Assembly (NCBI GenBank): GCA_043228905.1
Contig: JBHGNT010000002.1
Location: 14,198,001 to 14,262,000, forward strand
Length of the DNA stretch: 64,000 bases
Direction: 5' to 3'
Origin: Azolla caroliniana
Lineage: Eukaryota; Plantae; Polypodiophyta
The notes under the pieces were generated by a model. The model was not told where the DNA came from, searched no databases, and saw only the letters and a program-made list of their open reading frames with translations. Shown piece by piece: positions 60,426 to 64,000 of this stretch (the first letter of the stretch is position 1; each line of letters starts with the position of its first letter). Position numbers and translations under genes: made by a program.

Positions 60426-61120
60426 TTACTACTTTGGTAGGTCCAAAATTATGCCCCACTTAAAGGAAATCTTATTTAGAAAGACCCTCATATTTAAGAG
60501 TAAGAAAAGTGGCTTTCTAGTATGAAGAGAGAGGGCTGCAAATGTGAGAAGAACAAAAAGAGAAGAAAAGAAGCGGTAGAGAAAAACCTTGTAGGTGTTG
60601 TGGCACCCGAATTTGATCAACTTAGATCGATGACCATATGAACTCTGATTTGGTTGAAACTCTGAGGGGTAGTTCCTACCAATGAAGAAGCTCACATCCA
60701 ACATTGGATCATGCTTTCTTATCCTTTAAGTAAGGTTTTATTGATTTGTGTATCTTGTTGTTGTTGTTCTATCTTGTTAGATGAAGATTGTTGCCAGGCT
60801 TGTTTCCTTGATGTTTCGGTATTCCTCTAATGATATCTAGGGAGGTTGTACCCATTTGTAAACTAAGTTTTGGTACCCTATGGGTCTCGTGGGTTTTTCC
60901 CTGATTTGGGGTTTGCACGTAAAACCCTCATGTGTTCGGTTGCTATTTTTATTATTTCCTATCGTATTGGCTATTACTTCATGTAGTTGGCCCATCAGAT
61001 CTTGTCACTATTTGTGGACGTGGTTGTTTGTTTGATTGATTTGGATTCCACGCATTTCATTTCTTTGTGCGCAATGATGATTTCTTCATGGATTGTGTTA
61101 TGAACTCTGGGTACTTAACA
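60426..61120 (+). mobile_element. Probable old solo LTR; left boundary uncertain
   Basis: Carries the U5 motif CGTGGGTTTTTCCC...GGGGTTTGCACGT (60888-60920) shared with the copia LTRs of this window and ends TTAACA. ACTAG occurs at 60421-60425 and 61121-61125, but the left end lacks TG. Confidence 0.5.
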
Positions 61121-61755
61121 ACTAGGTCCATGATTTGACATGACCTCTAAGAGAACTCAATATCTAGTACAAATGTTACTATCATTAATTATGCCACATC
61201 CTTGACTCTAATGGATGAAGTTGCCCATGTGACTATCAATGAGTTGTGCTACATCCTTCACATGATTATGCTCTTGTCTCCTATAAACAAAAGCATGCAC
61301 AAGCACATCAAGATCACTTCAAAATTTATACATACATATGAAATTAAACACAAAATACACACATTTGCACATTCACTCTCACTCAAATATATTCACGAGA
61401 GCTGAAATGTGCAAACTCACAATTAAATTTATAATAAACCCACATGATTATTTGCCACAAATAGTTACACAAAACTTACATACATTTTGGCACACACAAT
61501 CGTGGAATACAAACAAATTATCTCATGCGTTCATAGAACTAATTGTAGAGATTGTTGTTATGATGTTGAAAGTGCACATGAGGAACCAAGTTAAACTAAA
61601 TAAGATTGAATGATAAGGTAGAACATTCTCTCACTGCGGAGAGGAGCGGTTAGGAGCAGGAGTAGGCACAGAGATCCCTTCTCTATAGGTCCGGCCGTGC
61701 GTAGAGTCGTTAGGGTTACAGAAACCCACAGTTCGAAGAGCCCCCCCCCCCCCCC

Positions 61756-61855
61756 NNNNNNNNNNNNNNNNNNNNNNNNNNNNNNNNNNNNNNNNNNNNN
61801 NNNNNNNNNNNNNNNNNNNNNNNNNNNNNNNNNNNNNNNNNNNNNNNNNNNNNNN
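61756..61855. other. Assembly gap (100 N)
   Basis: Run of exactly 100 N flanked by homopolymers. Confidence 1.
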
Positions 61856-62123
61856 ACCAAAAAAAAAAACCCACAATTCGAAGAGTACCTCCCTCTCTCC
61901 AAACCGACAAAAGAGTCATCAAACAACGATCCGGTTGTGAGGAGCAATGGCAGCAGAGGGATCTTCGAACAACGACTCGGCTGCTTCAGAGCATGCATGA
62001 ACATCATCCCCAAACCATCTGGACATCAATGGGACACAGTTATGTCATGAGCATCCATTTAATCACATTGATGCTGAAACAGAACAGGAAATACAAAGGG
62101 CGGACAATCGTAATGGTCCCTCG

Positions 62124-63200
62124 ATGCATGCAATGGGAGCCTTTGTTCTCTCCCCGAAAGAAGAATGCCTTATGGAGAGTGAATTAACACGTCTTAAACA
62201 TGAATCCGTTGTGGTAAAAGTGGTGGGTAGTCGACCCAATAGAGTAATGTTGCGTGATTGGCTGCAAAGCTGTCTACAAGAAGACCTTGGCAGATTGAAG
62301 GACATTGCATTTATGGGAAAGGGGTTCTACCATGTTACAGTGATGCCGGAAACGAATATATGCAAAATTGTCGAGAGCAGCCTACTGATGTGGCACAATG
62401 CAAGAGCCTATGTATTCAATTGGGATGCAAACTTTGACATGTGTAAAGCGGATGCTTGTATAGGCAATCCTACAATGGTAATGGCCTTTTTCCCTGGTTT
62501 ACCTAAGCAATGGGTATCCTTTCTCCCGGCCATTGCCAAAAGTATGGGAGGGCAATGCCTGGAAAAAACTCTTGCAGAGAGAATAAGTGAAATACCAAGG
62601 ATCAAACTAATTGTTTCGGATGTAAAGACCTTACTGCAATTGATGTTGTTGAGCAGTAAACAAATGGTTGACCATGTACAAACGGTGGAGTATGCGGGAC
62701 TCCTAGGGCAATGCTTTGCATGTAGACAGATGGGGCATATGGCCCGAGAATGCCCTAGAGGAAAGGAGAACATGCATCATGGAAATGGGAAGCAAGGACG
62801 GAAAAGCAAAACAAGCCTGATGCAACAGAATACTCAACAAATAAACCATGCAATGAGTAAGAATAAAGATGGATGGAAATATAACACCTATAAAGGCAAA
62901 CAAAAAGTCATGGTCGGACAAGAATGGCTCCCATTGAGAAACAAATACGCACTCTTAACCTTAGAGGACAATGAAAACAAACCTAATGAAAGGGAAGCAA
63001 GAATGAAGGCAACTCATGAGAGCAATAATGTGGAAGCAATTAATGATATGGAGAAACTACACCAGGAAGACAACTTGGTAGGGGATAATATTGGCCAGAT
63101 GCTTCATGAAAGTATGGATGAGGTAGGAGAAGTAAATGTAGGAAAGGTCATAAGCCCCTTGAAAGAGCAAGCTAAAAAACCCATTATATTAAGGGGATAA
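62124..63200 (+). CDS. L1-type LINE ORF1 (DUF4283-like region + CCHC zinc knuckle); true start may be further upstream
   Basis: VVVKVVGSRP...IAFMGKGFYHV...YVFNW...GLPKQW...VEYAGLLGQCFACRQMGHMARECP, located upstream of an APE-type ORF2. Confidence 0.82.
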   Translation: MHAMGAFVLSPKEECLMESELTRLKHESVVVKVVGSRPNRVMLRDWLQSCLQEDLGRLKDIAFMGKGFYHVTVMPETNICKIVESSLLMWHNARAYVFNWDANFDMCKADACIGNPTMVMAFFPGLPKQWVSFLPAIAKSMGGQCLEKTLAERISEIPRIKLIVSDVKTLLQLMLLSSKQMVDHVQTVEYAGLLGQCFACRQMGHMARECPRGKENMHHGNGKQGRKSKTSLMQQNTQQINHAMSKNKDGWKYNTYKGKQKVMVGQEWLPLRNKYALLTLEDNENKPNEREARMKATHESNNVEAINDMEKLHQEDNLVGDNIGQMLHESMDEVGEVNVGKVISPLKEQAKKPIILRG

Positions 63201-63819
63201 CAAAAATGAAAAGGCACATGCGTGCTAGAAAAGAGGAGGTGAAGGGAATGGAAAAAAATAAAGGGATGCACAAATGACCAAGAGTGAACTGGAATCTTCA
63301 ATACAAGGCGCCCCCCCTCTCGAATACTAGACAATAGATCAAACTGAAACTAACATGCAAAAAGTGGTTCGAGGGAATATGTGGAAGTGAGATGAAGAAG
63401 GACAACATATGTAGAGTCAATATATATGGTAAATGTCCTATATTTTGGCCATATATCGTTGGTCTGTCCTATATTTTGGCCATGGAAAATAAGGAACCAC
63501 ATAGCAGAGAAGAAGCACTTGGATGTTTGGAACAACAAATGGATGTTCATGTAGACTCATCGTATGGTACCGCAATAGGGATGAAAATGAAAAGACAATG
63601 GAAAGATGCCTTGATTTGGAGTTCGGGCAAGGCGAATGAACAAGGCATATGCTACATAAATGTGAAATTTAGGAAGCTTCCTAAAGTGTTCATGGAATTC
63701 ATGGTATACATCCTTGAAATGTTGACATAACTGGAAGAGGAAAATCACCAAGATAGGATATTAGCTACCATATTGGAAGCGGATAATGCATTGGCTGGGC
63801 CTCAAAAGGTGCAAGATAT

Positions 63820-64000
63820 ATGAATCTTAACTTGCTAACTTGGAATATACAAGGAATTGGTGGCACCCAATTCCAGATGAAAAAGAATGTATTGGCTGCT
63901 GAAATCCAGCGTTGCACTGAGGCAATGGTGCCTGATATTATCTTGGTGCAAGAGCACCATCTAGATGAGGATAAGATCGATAAAATTGGAAGCATTTACC
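63820..64000 (+). CDS. L1-type LINE ORF2 N-terminus (apurinic-type endonuclease), runs off the window
   Basis: MNLNLLTWNIQGIGG...PDIILVQEHHL contains the APE motifs WNxxG and DIxxxQE. Confidence 0.85.
   Translation, partial: MNLNLLTWNIQGIGGTQFQMKKNVLAAEIQRCTEAMVPDIILVQEHHLDEDKIDKIGSIY

Noticed and set aside
63392-63730. Separate 112-aa gene between LINE ORF1 and ORF2
   Set aside because: More simply a frameshifted C-terminal remnant of ORF1 or inter-ORF sequence; no independent motif recognised.
1-64000. A novel multi-gene or prokaryote-type system
   Set aside because: All long ORFs are explained by retrotransposon gag-pol, LINE ORFs or NME7 exons. No operon-like or captured gene cluster was seen.

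Overview
Eukaryotic (plant) genomic DNA, most likely from a seed-free land plant with flagellated sperm such as a fern; the taxon is inferred from gene content. Bases 1-39.4 kb are one nest of LTR retrotransposons. An old Ty3/gypsy element, whose pol survives as five collinear pieces plus a partial 3' LTR, was split by at least twelve later insertions, most of which can be resolved to the base by their target-site duplications (TSDs). These include one Ty1/copia with an intact 1353-aa polyprotein, a young full-length gypsy that uses a tRNA-Trp primer and makes 4-bp ACGT TSDs, and a copia whose internal domain is inverted relative to its outer LTR ends. Bases 42.1-57.7 kb hold the only clear host gene, a 9-exon, 394-aa NME7/NDK7 (DM10 + two NDK domains; cilium/basal-body protein). 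Its 10.7-kb intron 6 carries a single-LTR copia flanked by a 50-bp duplication, with a chimeric copia nested inside. The last 6 kb has tRNA-like SINE heads, a LINE remnant, an LTR fragment, a 100-N gap and the 5' part of an L1-type LINE. I found no convincing new multi-gene system; the most unusual signals are retroelement architectures and insertion signatures.
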